Positions 13,602 to 23,963 are shown, counted from the first letter of the stretch. The stretch is DNA of 64,000 nt from Meiothermus sp. (GCA_033762915.1 JANRLD010000031.1:1-64000); one strand, 5' to 3'. Notes: generated by a model not told the origin, from the sequence alone. Made by a program: numbers and translations.

Positions 13602-13786
13602 AGGACGGTTGCTGCCGATTCTGCCATCTAAAAGCGCCAAACCGCAGGCAAAATGACCAGAATATCGGCAATTATCCAAGTATATCCCACCATCCGCCCT
13701 GTTCCGCTAGTAGTTTGACCATAACGGCCCGGTGCCCGGCTGCACCGGACGAGGGCTGATTCGAGGCCTATAGCGTTTCGCAAACA

Positions 13787-13981
13787 TTGCGTTTCCCACC
13801 ATTACCGCCCTCTCGGCGGCAGGCAATGTACTCCCTATCGCATTTCCACCACTACTCCGCCCACTGTGCGGAGTAGTGCACTCGGTACGGCAAAAACCGC
13901 CGTACCGAGTGTTCGTGGCAACCGCTCTACAGCAAAAACCGCCCGCTTTAGCGCTGTAGGGAGTATGCGTGGGAACCGCTC
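13787..13981 (-). mobile_element. family-A MITE carrying a nested element (13838-13927)
   Basis: reverse-orientation copy; the inner element is inserted in the host's GCTG-TA-GGGAG arm with TA on both sides. Confidence 0.8.
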
Positions 13982-14010
13982 TAAATCCCCCGACACTACA
14001 CCCCGAAGAC

Positions 14011-14070
14011 ACTGCGGGGAAAGGATTTTAGCCCAAAGGTCTTTGCAACGCATGGGCTGAAGTCCGCTGT
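14011..14070. repeat. family-C palindromic repeat
   Basis: GGATTTTAGCCC...GGGCTGAAGTCC hairpin; its reverse complement aligns with 23531-23580. Confidence 0.6.
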
Positions 14071-14207
14071 AAAGGCCCCTCGAGGCCGTCCGGCAGACCG
14101 TCGGGCTGTCTCGGTCAGGGAACGCCCTCCCATCATGTTCGGGGTGTTCGGACGCACGGCCGTCTGTACCTGCACATGGGGTGACCGGCCCCTCACCTTC
14201 CTCGAGC

Positions 14208-14840
14208 TTACTGGCCCTCGGCCCTCGAATCTTGGCCCTCAGCGGCCTTCGGCTTCAGCCGAATCGGGCTCTGCTTGGCCGGGTCGTGGCCGACCTTGCC
14301 CTCGTAGAAGCGCTTGATCTGCTCGAAGTCGGCCTCGAGATTTCCCGTGGGCGTGAAGTAGCCGCCCACGCCGACTTCCTTCTTCGAGTAGTCGAGGTAG
14401 GCCAGCGCAATGGGGATGCCAGCCTCGAGGGCCATGTAGTAAAACCCCGAGCGCCAGTACTCAGCCCGACTACGGGTGCCCTCGGCGGCCACCACCACCC
14501 AGAGGTTGTCGTAGTTCTTGAAGGTCTCGGCCACCTGGGTCACGAAGTCGCTCTTGGCCTTGCCCCGGTCCACCGGAATCCCGCCCAGCCAGCGCATCAC
14601 CGCGCCCAGCACGGGCGGAAACAACTGCTTCTTCCCCACCCAGCGGAAGCGCGTGCCCGAGGCCCAGCCCCACAGAATCGCGTAAAGAAAGTCCCAGTTG
14701 GAAGTGTGCGGGTAGCCCAGCAGGATGAACTTCTGCCCCGCCGTCGGGGCCTTCACCGCCGTCCAGCCCAGCAGGCGCAGACAAGCCACGGCAAAGCGCT
14801 GAATCGGGCTGCCGCCCGTAATGGCGTAGGGATGAGTCAT
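14208..14840 (-). CDS. lysophospholipid / 1-acyl-sn-glycerol-3-phosphate acyltransferase family
   Basis: PHTSNWD (HX4D), GGIPVDR, AEGTR, SGFY. Confidence 0.9.
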   Translation of the reverse strand: MTHPYAITGGSPIQRFAVACLRLLGWTAVKAPTAGQKFILLGYPHTSNWDFLYAILWGWASGTRFRWVGKKQLFPPVLGAVMRWLGGIPVDRGKAKSDFVTQVAETFKNYDNLWVVVAAEGTRSRAEYWRSGFYYMALEAGIPIALAYLDYSKKEVGVGGYFTPTGNLEADFEQIKRFYEGKVGHDPAKQSPIRLKPKAAEGQDSRAEGQ

Positions 14841-14870
14841 GTGCGGCCAGTCTACCAAAACCCGGATTGT

Positions 14871-15503
14871 CTAGGCCCTGTGGCGGGTGCCCTTGTCAAA
14901 GAATTTCACCAGCACCATCCCCGCCACAAACCCGCCGATGTGCGCCCAGAAGGCAATACCTTCCTGGCCCGAGAAGTTACCCACGAACTGGATCAAGGCC
15001 CAGTAGCCCAAGTAGATGATGGCCGGGACAGGGATCGGGAACCAGCCGATCAGCGACAGAACGATGGCCCTTGGGAAGAGCAGGATGTAGGCCCCCAGCA
15101 CCGCCGAGATGGCCCCCGAGGCCCCGATCATGGGGGTGTTGTCGGCAAAGCCGCTCGAGAGCCCCTGGGCCAGCGCTGCCCCAACCCCGCCCAGCAGGTA
15201 GAAGGTCAGGAAACCCAGGTGTCCCATGCGGTCTTCGATGTTGTCCCCGAAGACGAACAAGAACCACAGGTTGCCCAAAATGTGCATGATGCTGCCGTGC
15301 AGGAACATCGAGCTGAACAGCGTGACCGACTCACCTCCGGGGTCGGCCAGGAAGCGGTCGGGCACGAAGCCGTAGGTGCCGATCACGGCGGCAGGGTCGG
15401 TGAGAAAGTAGGTGAACACGAAAGCCAGAATGTTTAAGACCACCAGCGCATAGACCACCCAGGGGCGGCGGTGCGAGCGGTTGATGTCATGCAGGGGGAA
15501 CAC
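14871..15503 (-). CDS. rhomboid family intramembrane serine protease
   Basis: MFLHG, HILGN, IGASGAI, AHIGG; GTG start 6 nt after TATGCT. Confidence 0.92.
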   Translation of the reverse strand: MFPLHDINRSHRRPWVVYALVVLNILAFVFTYFLTDPAAVIGTYGFVPDRFLADPGGESVTLFSSMFLHGSIMHILGNLWFLFVFGDNIEDRMGHLGFLTFYLLGGVGAALAQGLSSGFADNTPMIGASGAISAVLGAYILLFPRAIVLSLIGWFPIPVPAIIYLGYWALIQFVGNFSGQEGIAFWAHIGGFVAGMVLVKFFDKGTRHRA

Positions 15504-15607
15504 GCCCCTAGCATACGGGCCACGGGCGGCGCCTGGGTAGGCCCACCTCACCCTGCAGCGCTCGAGGCCAGGTTGGGGTTGGCGGCTGTTGGGCATAGAC
15601 TGAGGCC

Positions 15608-16591
15608 ATGGAATACCGTGAACTCGGACGCACCGGCTACAAGGTCTCGACCGTCTCCTTCGGGGCTTGGGCCATCGGGGGCACCTGGGGGCCGGTGGAC
15701 GACGCCGACTCGATGGCCGCCCTCCACCGCTCGCTCGACCTGGGCGTGAACTTCATCGACACCGCCGACGTGTACGGCGATGGGCGCAGCGAGCGCCTGA
15801 TCGCGCGGCTGCGAAGGGAGCGCGGCGAGCCCTTTTACGTGGCCACCAAAGCTGGGCGCAGGCTGCCTAGGCAGGTAGCCGAGGGCTACACCCGCGAGAA
15901 CCTTCACGCCTGGGTGGGGCGCAGTTTGCAGAACCTCGAGGCCGAGACCCTCGACCTGCTGCAGTTGCACTGCCCGCCCCGCGACGTGTACCTCTCCGAC
16001 CGGGTGTTCGGCATCCTCGAGGAGATGAAACGCCTGGGGATGATCCGCCACTACGGCATCAGCGTCGAGACGGTCGAGGAGGCGCTCCTGGGCACCCAGT
16101 ACGAGGGCGTGCAGAGCGTGCAGATCATCTTCAACATGTTCCGCCTCAAGCCCGCCGAGCAGTTCTTCCCCGTGGCGCGGGAGCGCAAGGTGGGGATTCT
16201 GGCTCGAGTCCCCCTGGCCAGCGGACTGCTCACCGGAAAACTCAGGCTCGACACGCCCTTCGCCAAAGACGACCACCGCGCCTTCAACCGCAACGGCGAG
16301 TCCTTCGACAAGGGTGAGACCTTCTCCGGGGTGGACTACGCGACCGGGCTCGAGGCCGTCGAGGAGTTGAAGCGGCTCACCCCCGAGGGCGCCACTCTGG
16401 CCCAGTTCGCCCTGCGCTGGATCACCATGTTCCCCGAGGTCACCTGCACCATCCCCGGCGCCAAAAACCCCCGTCAGGCCGAGGAGAACGTGCGCGCAGC
16501 AGAGCTGGGGCCGATATCCGACGAGACCATGCGGGCCGTCGATGCGGTATACGAAAAACGCATCAAGCCGCTCGTCCACAGCTCGTGGTGA
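15608..16591 (+). CDS. aldo/keto reductase
   Basis: LGRTG, DTADVYGDGRSE, ATK, DLLQLH, PLASGLL, IPGAK. Confidence 0.93.
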   Translation: MEYRELGRTGYKVSTVSFGAWAIGGTWGPVDDADSMAALHRSLDLGVNFIDTADVYGDGRSERLIARLRRERGEPFYVATKAGRRLPRQVAEGYTRENLHAWVGRSLQNLEAETLDLLQLHCPPRDVYLSDRVFGILEEMKRLGMIRHYGISVETVEEALLGTQYEGVQSVQIIFNMFRLKPAEQFFPVARERKVGILARVPLASGLLTGKLRLDTPFAKDDHRAFNRNGESFDKGETFSGVDYATGLEAVEELKRLTPEGATLAQFALRWITMFPEVTCTIPGAKNPRQAEENVRAAELGPISDETMRAVDAVYEKRIKPLVHSSW

Positions 16592-16627
16592 AGACCCCCC
16601 GACGCTGCCGCGCCCCCGCCCACGTCA

Positions 16628-16712
16628 TAAGTTGCGCCAGGGTATTGGCATAGCTGTACCTGCGTGCCCTGGTGCAAGCACGGGTGCAACCACGGGTGCA
16701 AGCACGGGCCTA
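16628..16712 (+). repeat. short family-B element followed by a 12-bp tandem repeat (about 3x GCAA(G/C)CACGGGT)
   Basis: TAAGTTGCGCCAGGGT end shared with 30870; tandem units visible at about 16674-16708. Confidence 0.6.
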
Positions 16713-16828
16713 ATTGCCCACTAGCTCTCCGGGGCGACATCTCGCACTTGTCCTACGCCCTCGCCCTTACCCTCAGAGCGGCCCCCACTGGGCCCCCATA
16801 ACTCCGCTACACCGTGGGGCTCTGGGGT

Positions 16829-17941
16829 CTAGCCCGGCCCGTTCCCAAGAAACTTCATAATCCCCGCCGCCATCGCCCTGGCTAAGGTCTGCCGGTACGC
16901 CTCGGTGGCGAGACGCCGCCCCTCCACGGGGTGGTTGGCGAACCCCACCTCGACCAGGATGGCCGGGATTTGGGCGCGGCGAATCACGTAGAACGGGGCC
17001 TGCCGCACGCCCCGGTCGACCGCGCCAGTAGCCGCGACCAGGGTGGACTGGACAGTGTGGGCGAGCTGCCGCGAGAACCGCAGATTGGACTGAGCGATCA
17101 GGTCGGAGATAAAGCGCTGGGCCACGGTCTGCGACTCCCTGGTCAAGCTCTGCCCGAGGCTGCCGCCGCCATTCTCGCGGATCACTTGGGCCAGCAGGCT
17201 GTTGTCCATCAGGTCGCCGAAGTAGTAGACCTCGATGCCCTGGGCGAGGGCGAGGGCCGAGTTGACGTGAACCGAGACGAAGACGTTGCGCTGGTTGTTG
17301 GCCATGTTGGCCCGCGCCCCCAGGTCGCCGCGCTTGTCGGGCGCGAGGGCAGTGTCGCGGTCTCGAGTCAACACCACCCTGACCCCTTGGGCCTCGAGCA
17401 GCGGCTTCAGCCGCAGCACCAAGTCCAGCGCCACCTCCTTTTCGACCACGAACCCCACCGCTCCGGAGTCCGGCCCCCCGTGCCCCGCATCCAGCACCAC
17501 CGTCTTCTGCACCTGCGGGCGGGCGGCGGGCTGCGCGGTGGCGGCGTTTTGGGCCGGGCCTGGGTTCTGGCGATCGCCGGGCGTCTGAGCTGTGGCCTTG
17601 GCCTTCACGTCTACGACCAGCCGCCGGCCGGCCGAGCCCGCACCCCCAAGGAGGCTGGTCTTGACCTCGGTGCCCTGCCGCAAATTCACCACAACCACCG
17701 CGCCACCGGCGTTGGGCACCACCTGGTACGAGGCGACATGGGGCGATTCGAGCGAGGCCTCGCGGGCCTGCACCCTCTGCCCCGTCAGCCGGATGGTGAA
17801 GACGTTGCCCTCGGCGCTGGTGGCGTAGCGGGTCTGGGCCTCGAGGTCAAAAACCAGTCGGGTGTACCCCTCGTGCAGGCCGATCCGGGGAAAGGCCAGC
17901 GCGGCGGCCAGCAGCACCGCGACGAACGCAATCAGGCGCAT
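16829..17941 (-). CDS. N-acetylmuramoyl-L-alanine amidase (Amidase_3) with an AMIN-like N-terminal domain
   Basis: signal peptide, TRLVFDL, VVLDAGHGG, EK, VSVHVNS, ILVEVGF. Confidence 0.9.
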   Translation of the reverse strand: MRLIAFVAVLLAAALAFPRIGLHEGYTRLVFDLEAQTRYATSAEGNVFTIRLTGQRVQAREASLESPHVASYQVVPNAGGAVVVVNLRQGTEVKTSLLGGAGSAGRRLVVDVKAKATAQTPGDRQNPGPAQNAATAQPAARPQVQKTVVLDAGHGGPDSGAVGFVVEKEVALDLVLRLKPLLEAQGVRVVLTRDRDTALAPDKRGDLGARANMANNQRNVFVSVHVNSALALAQGIEVYYFGDLMDNSLLAQVIRENGGGSLGQSLTRESQTVAQRFISDLIAQSNLRFSRQLAHTVQSTLVAATGAVDRGVRQAPFYVIRRAQIPAILVEVGFANHPVEGRRLATEAYRQTLARAMAAGIMKFLGNGPG

Positions 17942-18053
17942 CTCGGAGCCGAGTATAGCTGCCCTCGAGCCCGAAAACATTACATGAGACCGAAAATTAA
18001 GCATAGTGATGCGGGAAATTCATGTTCTGTCTGGGGCGCACTACAATACATGG

Positions 18054-18512
18054 ATGCCGAGCACGTCCGCCGATCAGGACAATCTGTTCGCCTACGCCAT
18101 CCGCGCCCTGGCGGCGCGGGCGTACTCCGAGGCCGTGCTGCGCCGTAAGCTGGCAAGTCGCGGCACCCCCGAGGAAGTCGCCGCCGTGATCCAGCGCCTC
18201 AAGGCCGGCGGCTACCTCGACGACGCGGCCTTCGCCGAGGGCTACGCCCGGCTCTACGCGGGCAGGTGGGGCGCGGCTAAGATCAAGCGGGGCCTGCTCG
18301 AGAAGGGCGTCTCCCCCGCCGTCGTCGGCAGAGTCCTCGAGCAGCTCGAGCCCGAGACCGACCCCCAGCAAGAAGCCCTGGGCCTGCTCGAGCGCTACCA
18401 GAGCCGCCACAAGGGCGACAAGGCCAGGGCCGTGCGCTTCCTGGCCGGGCGCGGCTACCGGCTGGGCGACGCGCTGGCGGCGTGGGAACGCTTCGAGCGC
18501 GGTGGGGAGTAG
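18054..18512 (+). CDS. recX: regulatory protein RecX
   Basis: LAARAYSEAVLRRKL, GYLDDAAFA, WGAAKIKRGLLEKG, FLAGRGY; TACAAT 6 nt upstream. Confidence 0.88.
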   Translation: MPSTSADQDNLFAYAIRALAARAYSEAVLRRKLASRGTPEEVAAVIQRLKAGGYLDDAAFAEGYARLYAGRWGAAKIKRGLLEKGVSPAVVGRVLEQLEPETDPQQEALGLLERYQSRHKGDKARAVRFLAGRGYRLGDALAAWERFERGGE

Positions 18513-18733
18513 AGGGTAGAGCGGAGAAGTCAGGGACGACCCCCACGGCTTGCCGGGGTTGGTGCGCTAGCCTGCCCCATCTTGCGGCCTGCCTCCCCCT
18601 GATGCCCGGCGCCCGGTGATCCAACGTGCCCGCTCAAGAAGCCCCGGCAACCCCGCAACTCCGGGGGGTGGCCTTTGACCTCGCCTTTTCTCCCCCTCTC
18701 CCCCTCGCCCCTCTCCCCTGCTAGACTCTCCTC

Positions 18734-19171
18734 ATGCCAACCGTCCAGGCCGAACTCTTCATCCCCAAGCCGCCGCAGGTGGTCTACGCCGCCGCCAAAG
18801 ACCTCGAGGGTCTCAAGCCCTACCTTAAGGACGTCGAGAGCCTAAAGATGCTCGAGGACAAGGGCCACTACTCCAAGTCGGACTGGGTGGCGGTGGCGAT
18901 GGGCAAGAAGATCCACTGGGTCGAGGAAGAGGAGTGGAACGACGCCGAACTCCGCAACCGCTTCTGGAGTTCGGAGGGCGACTTCGACAAGTACCAGGGC
19001 ACCTGGGCCTTTGTGGCCGAGGGCGAGGGGACGAAGGCGCTGCTCGAGCTGGAGTACGAGCTGAACGTCCCCATCTTCGGCGGCCTGCTGCAGAAGCTGA
19101 TCCTCAAGCTGATGAAGGAGAACGCCGACGGCCTGCTGGAGGGACTGAAGAACCGGGTGATGGCGGGTTAG
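18734..19171 (+). CDS. SRPBCC/START-fold protein (polyketide cyclase / COQ10-RatA-like)
   Basis: 145 aa; VYAAAKDLE, EGDFDKYQGTW and a C-terminal helix typical of the fold; TAGACT 6 nt upstream. Confidence 0.8.
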   Translation: MPTVQAELFIPKPPQVVYAAAKDLEGLKPYLKDVESLKMLEDKGHYSKSDWVAVAMGKKIHWVEEEEWNDAELRNRFWSSEGDFDKYQGTWAFVAEGEGTKALLELEYELNVPIFGGLLQKLILKLMKENADGLLEGLKNRVMAG

Positions 19172-19204
19172 GTCGGTTTTTTGCAGGACTGGGAGGGCTA
19201 CTGA

Positions 19205-19260
19205 CAGCGGTTCCCGCGAATTCCCGACGCATAACGTCTGGGTAACGCCCCCTGAGGTAG
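19205..19260 (+). repeat. partial family-A element
   Basis: TGA followed by CAGCGGTTCCCGCG, like the inner element at 10562; other end not recognisable. Confidence 0.5.
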
Positions 19261-19303
19261 GTTGTTCATCCGCCGAAGCGTGGAACTCCTCGAGGAGGCT
19301 TTT

Positions 19304-20674
19304 ATGAATCGCAGATGGTTATCCTTACCCGCACTGGGCTTAGCCTTGCTGTTGACCGCAGGCAGTTGCGGACAGCAGGTAGACGGGACCAAGGCCCCGG
19401 TTATCGTCAGTTTTACCGCCACCCCCTCCGGCATCTCGCTGCCCCAGTCGGTTAGCCTGGCCTGGGAAGTGACCGGGGCCACCGCGCTCGAGATTGACGG
19501 CGGCGTGGGCCCCATCACCCCTTTGGATAAGGGCAGCAAATCGGTAGGGGTTTCGTCGAGCCGGGACTTCGTGCTCACCGCCAGCAACGCCCAAGGTACC
19601 GCCACCCGCACGGTACGCGTCACCGCGAGCGGCCCCGCCTTTTCGGTGGTTGAAACCGTAGCGGGCCAGACCGGGGTGCGCGGAGGGGCCGACGGCAACG
19701 GCGCTCAGGCCACCTTCAACTACCCCTACGCGGTAGCCGTCACCAAGGCCGCAGGGGCGACCAACAACGAAGTGATCGTGTACATCGCTGCGCTCAACGA
19801 AAAGATCCGCTACGCCCAGGTGGGCTTCGCGGGCAACCCGGTGGGAACCGCTGTCGGCAACGGCTCGAGCGGCAGCGTGGACGGCGACGCCACCACCGCG
19901 CGGGTGCGTGCCCCGAGCGGCATTGCCATCGGGTACGACTCCCCCGGCTATGAAGCCTACGCCTACTGGGTGGAAGACGATAGCTGTGTGGTACGCAAAC
20001 TGACCGCCTATCCGCTCAACGGCAACCGCCGGGCTGCCACCGTTGCGGGCAGTGCCTACACCTGCGGGGCCGCCGACGGGGCGGCCGGGGCGGCCCGGTT
20101 CAACCGACCTCGAGGGGTCGTGGCGAACACCCGTACGGGCGAGGTCTTTGTCGCCGACACCTCCAACTTCACAATTCGGCGCATTTACGGCGACTCGGTG
20201 GGGACCGTCGCAGGGCTGGCGGGTCAGCAGGGCAGCATCGACGGGAGCGGGGCAGCGGCCCGGTTTCGTAGCCCTGCGGGCATCGCCCTCGACCGCCAGG
20301 AAAACCTGATCGTCGCGGACAGCGAGACCATCCGCAAGATCTCGCCCGGCGGCGTGGTCAGCACGGTGGCGGGCAAGGGCGGCGAGGCAGGCTACAAGGA
20401 CGGCCCAGCCCTCGAGGCCCGCTTCAGCGGAGCGGCGGGGGTGGCGCTGGACGAGGTGGGCAACATCTATGTGGTCGAGCGGACAAACCAGACCATCCGC
20501 AAGATCACACCCGAGGGGGTGGTGAGCACGGTCGCGGGGGTCGCGGGGGTCAGGGGCGCAGCAGACGGCAGTCTGAGCGTGGCCACCTTCAACAACCCTC
20601 AGGGTCTGGCCTATTACAACAAACAGTTGTTCATCGCGGACACCGACAACCAAACCATCCGACGAATCCGCTGA
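19304..20674 (+). CDS. NHL-repeat beta-propeller lipoprotein with an Ig-like N-terminal domain
   Basis: lipobox-like LTAGSC; repeated ARFNxPxGxA / VADTxNxTIRKI units; GAGGAGG RBS. Confidence 0.85.
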   Translation: MNRRWLSLPALGLALLLTAGSCGQQVDGTKAPVIVSFTATPSGISLPQSVSLAWEVTGATALEIDGGVGPITPLDKGSKSVGVSSSRDFVLTASNAQGTATRTVRVTASGPAFSVVETVAGQTGVRGGADGNGAQATFNYPYAVAVTKAAGATNNEVIVYIAALNEKIRYAQVGFAGNPVGTAVGNGSSGSVDGDATTARVRAPSGIAIGYDSPGYEAYAYWVEDDSCVVRKLTAYPLNGNRRAATVAGSAYTCGAADGAAGAARFNRPRGVVANTRTGEVFVADTSNFTIRRIYGDSVGTVAGLAGQQGSIDGSGAAARFRSPAGIALDRQENLIVADSETIRKISPGGVVSTVAGKGGEAGYKDGPALEARFSGAAGVALDEVGNIYVVERTNQTIRKITPEGVVSTVAGVAGVRGAADGSLSVATFNNPQGLAYYNKQLFIADTDNQTIRRIR

Positions 20675-20719
20675 CCGCAAGCAGCGGTTGTGTGCCTTTC
20701 GTGGGTGCTCCGCGTGGTG

Positions 20720-20812
20720 TATAATCCCTGTATGTTATTCGCTCCGCGATGTTAAGAGCCCCCAAAACGTCGGGTAGTGGTGTGCCTCTGCGCCTCCACC
20801 CCGGCGTTTTTA
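20720..20812 (+). promoter_or_regulatory. -10 box, leaderless micro-ORF (MLFAPRC, 20732-20755) and terminator-like hairpin upstream of cysS
   Basis: TATAAT 20720-20725; ATG 6 nt later; hairpin AAAACGTCGGG...CCCGGCGTTTT 20764-20810. Confidence 0.6.
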
Positions 20813-20923
20813 GTTGGATGAGAGATGGGGTTTAGGAATTTAGGGTTAGGGGTTGGTCGGAGCCCTGACCCGGGAGCTAAGCCCCAGGCCCTAAGCCCCT
20901 GACCCTGACTTTCCGAGGCCCCC

Positions 20924-22369
20924 ATGGATCTCCAGCTCTACAACACCCTCAAACGCCAGAAAGAACCCTTCACCCCGTCCACCCCCGGCTACGTCGGCAT
21001 CTACGTCTGCGGCCCCACCGTCTACGGCGACCCCCACCTGGGGCACGCCCGTGGCCCCATCACCTACGACGTGCTGCGGCGCTGGCTGGCCCACAACGGG
21101 CTGCGGGTGCGCTTCGTCTCCAACATCACCGACGTGGGCCACCTCACCGACGACGCCGACGAGGGTGAGGACAAGATCGCCAAGCGGGCCAGGCTCGAGC
21201 GCTTGGAGCCGATGGAGGTGGCTGAGAAGTACACCTGGAGCTACTTCGACGAGATGGGCGCGCTGGGGGTTCAGCGGGCCGACATCGCCCCCAGGGCCAG
21301 CGGGCACATCCTGGAGCAGCTCGAGCTGACCCAGGAGCTTATCGCCAAGGGCCACGCCTATGAGGCGAACGGCTCGGTCTACTTTGACGTGAAGAGCTGG
21401 CCCCAGTACGGCAAGCTGTCCGGGCGGCAGGTCGAAGACCAGGAGGCCGGGGCGCGGGTGGAGGTGCGCGAGGAGAAGCGCGACCCCCGCGACTTCGCCC
21501 TGTGGAAGAAGGCCGAGCCGGAGCACATCATGCGCTGGAACTCGCCCTGGGGCCAGGGCTTCCCTGGCTGGCACATCGAGTGCAGCGCGATGAGCCTCAA
21601 GTACCTGGGCGAGGGCTTCGACATCCACGCCGGCGGCGTAGACCTCCAGTTCCCCCACCACGAGGCCGAGATCGCCCAGGCCGAGGCAGCGGGACACCCC
21701 TTCTCGAGGTACTGGATCCACCACTACCACGTGCTCCTGAACGGGCAGAAAATGGCCAAGAGCACCGGCGTGATGAAGCTCCTCTCCGAGCTGCGGGCCG
21801 AGACCGACCCCATCTTCGTGCGCTTCTATCTGCTCAACTCCCACTACCGCAGCGTGCTGGACTTTACCGAGGAGGGCTTGCGCGGGGCCCAGAACGGCTA
21901 CAGCCGGCTGCTCAATGCCTACCGCGAGGTGCGCCGCCAGTTGCCCGGCGCCCCCGAAGGCCGGCACGCCGCACTCGAGCAGGCCCTCGACACCCTCGAG
22001 GCCGAGTTTGCCGCCGCCCTCAACGACGACCTCAACACCCCCCAGGCCATCGCAGCCTTCTTCAACCTGGTCACCGAGCTGAATAAGGCCCTCACCGACA
22101 GGGCCGGCAGGGAGAGCCTGGCCCGGGCCGAGCGGCTCTTCGACGAGCTAGGCAACGGGGTGCTGGGACTCTTCCCAGCGCGGGTGCTGGAAAATCAGCT
22201 CGGCGGGGCCCTACTGGACGGCCTGGTGCAGCTGCTGCTGGAGGTGCGCGAGCAGGAGCGCAAGAACCGCAACTTCGCGGTCTCCGACCTGATCCGCAGC
22301 CGCCTGACCGAGCTGGGGGTGGAGGTCGAGGACACCCGGGAAGGCCCCAAGTGGAAGGTGGGCGTGTAA
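20924..22369 (+). CDS. cysS: cysteine--tRNA ligase
   Basis: [41 protein letters not shown]. Confidence 0.97.
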   Translation: MDLQLYNTLKRQKEPFTPSTPGYVGIYVCGPTVYGDPHLGHARGPITYDVLRRWLAHNGLRVRFVSNITDVGHLTDDADEGEDKIAKRARLERLEPMEVAEKYTWSYFDEMGALGVQRADIAPRASGHILEQLELTQELIAKGHAYEANGSVYFDVKSWPQYGKLSGRQVEDQEAGARVEVREEKRDPRDFALWKKAEPEHIMRWNSPWGQGFPGWHIECSAMSLKYLGEGFDIHAGGVDLQFPHHEAEIAQAEAAGHPFSRYWIHHYHVLLNGQKMAKSTGVMKLLSELRAETDPIFVRFYLLNSHYRSVLDFTEEGLRGAQNGYSRLLNAYREVRRQLPGAPEGRHAALEQALDTLEAEFAAALNDDLNTPQAIAAFFNLVTELNKALTDRAGRESLARAERLFDELGNGVLGLFPARVLENQLGGALLDGLVQLLLEVREQERKNRNFAVSDLIRSRLTELGVEVEDTREGPKWKVGV

Positions 22370-22917
22370 TGCTCGCGCACCGGCTGGATGGCGATAGCGA
22401 GCTGCGCCTGCTGCAAACCCACCAAGCCGAGGCGCTGTACGCGCTGGCCGACCGCAACCGCGCCCACCTGCGCGAGTGGCTGTCCTGGGTGGACAACGCC
22501 CAGGACGCCTCGTTTCTGCGCAACTTCATCCGGGGCCGCCTCGAGGCCCTGGCCCGAGGTCAGGGCTTCAACCTTTCAGTCTGGCACAAGGGGCAGGTGG
22601 CCGGGCTGGTTGGGCTGTACGACATCAATGGTTTCAAAGCCGAGGTGGGCTACTGGCTGGGCCGCGAGTTCGGAGGGCTGGGCCTGATGACCCGGAGCGT
22701 CGAGGCCCTGCTGGGCTACGCCTTCGGGGAACTCGAGCTGCGCCGCGTGCAGATCAAGGCCCATGTGGACAACGGGCGCAGCCGCGCCATTCCTGAGCGG
22801 CTGGGGTTCAGGCTCGAGGGCGTCCTCGTCAGTGACGACCAATTACACGGGAAGCCCTGCGACAACGCGCTCTACGCCCTGGCCCGTCAGCAGTGGCTCG
22901 AGCTCCGCCGAAGCTGA
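22369..22917 (+). CDS. RimJ/RimL-family GNAT N-acetyltransferase
   Basis: NRAHLREWLSW, EVGYWL, NGRSRAIPERLGFRLEG; start overlaps the cysS stop (TAATG). Confidence 0.9.
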   Translation: MLAHRLDGDSELRLLQTHQAEALYALADRNRAHLREWLSWVDNAQDASFLRNFIRGRLEALARGQGFNLSVWHKGQVAGLVGLYDINGFKAEVGYWLGREFGGLGLMTRSVEALLGYAFGELELRRVQIKAHVDNGRSRAIPERLGFRLEGVLVSDDQLHGKPCDNALYALARQQWLELRRS

Positions 22918-22960
22918 CGCCCTTTGGCCCTCGGGCGGCGCTTTTTTTGTAGACTCAGCC

Positions 22961-23500
22961 ATGCTCCGCTTCCCCCTCGACGAGCACGGCGAACTCCGGC
23001 TGCTGCTGCCGCAGCACGCCGAGGCGCTGTTCGACCTGACTGACCGCAACCGCGCCCACCTGCGCCGCTGGCTGCCCTGGGTGGACGGCGTGCTCGAGCC
23101 CGCCGATACCGCCACGTTCATTCAGGGTCGGTTGGATGCGCTGGCGAGGGGCACCGGCTTCGACCTGACCATCTGGCAGCGGGGGCAGATCGCCGGGACG
23201 GTGGGGCTGTTCGACCTTAACGGCTTCAAGGGCGAGATCGGCTACTGGCTAGGCCAGGGGTTCGAGGGGCAGGGGCTGATGAGCCGATCGGTAAGCGCAC
23301 TGCTGGACTACGGCTTCGGAGAGTTGGGGCTGGCCCGGGTCCAGATCAAGGCCCACACCGAGAACCTCCGCAGCCGCGCCGTTCCCGAGCGGCTGGGGTT
23401 CCGGCTCGAGGGCGTCCTCAAGAACGACGCCAAGCTGCACGGCAACCTGGGGGACCACGCCCTCTATGCGATGACCAGCCTCGAGTGGGTACGCCGTTAG
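22961..23500 (+). CDS. RimJ/RimL-family GNAT N-acetyltransferase (tandem paralog)
   Basis: same motifs as the preceding gene; own TAGACT box after a U-tailed hairpin. Confidence 0.9.
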   Translation: MLRFPLDEHGELRLLLPQHAEALFDLTDRNRAHLRRWLPWVDGVLEPADTATFIQGRLDALARGTGFDLTIWQRGQIAGTVGLFDLNGFKGEIGYWLGQGFEGQGLMSRSVSALLDYGFGELGLARVQIKAHTENLRSRAVPERLGFRLEGVLKNDAKLHGNLGDHALYAMTSLEWVRR

Positions 23501-23530
23501 GCTGGTCTCGTGGGGCCAGTGCCTGGCCTT

Positions 23531-23874
23531 AAACCCATGCGCGGCAAAGACTCCTGGGGCTGAAGTCCGTTCCCCGGCGCGTTTTGGGGATGCGGTGTCG
23601 CGGGAATCGACTTGCGAACCGTTGTAGGGTCTGTATGGTTGAACTGCGACCTGCCGCCCACATGCTCCCGCAGGGAATTGCGCCTCGGGTAGCCGCGCCG
23701 CGGCTAGGGCGTACGCCACTCCGCCCCGGCAGGTGTTGGCCGTATCTGCCGATTCCGCACTTCCACCCTGGCGCAACCTGTGAGAGCGGTTCGCACGCAT
23801 ACTTCCTACAGCGGTTTTTGCTGGAGGGAGTACATTACCTGCCGCCGCGAGGGAGGTAAGGGTGGGAAACGCAA
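23531..23874. repeat. cluster of three repeats: family C (23531-23580), family B (23625-23780), family A (23784-23874)
   Basis: ACCCTGGCGCAAC end of family B directly abuts TGA-GAGCGG...GCAA-TGA of family A. Confidence 0.75.
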
Positions 23875-23963
23875 TGAGTACGGGCGAAGCGGGTCGGGTC
23901 GGCGACCCCAGCGTAGTTTCAACCCCAAGGGAGCGAGCGCCAGAGCGTGCCCCGCGAAAGCCC

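Noticed and set aside
16674..16708. 12-bp tandem units here, and about-40-bp units at 44415-44495 and 54610-54690, as a CRISPR array
   Set aside because: No unique spacers, only 2-3 units, no cas genes; they belong to dispersed repeats.
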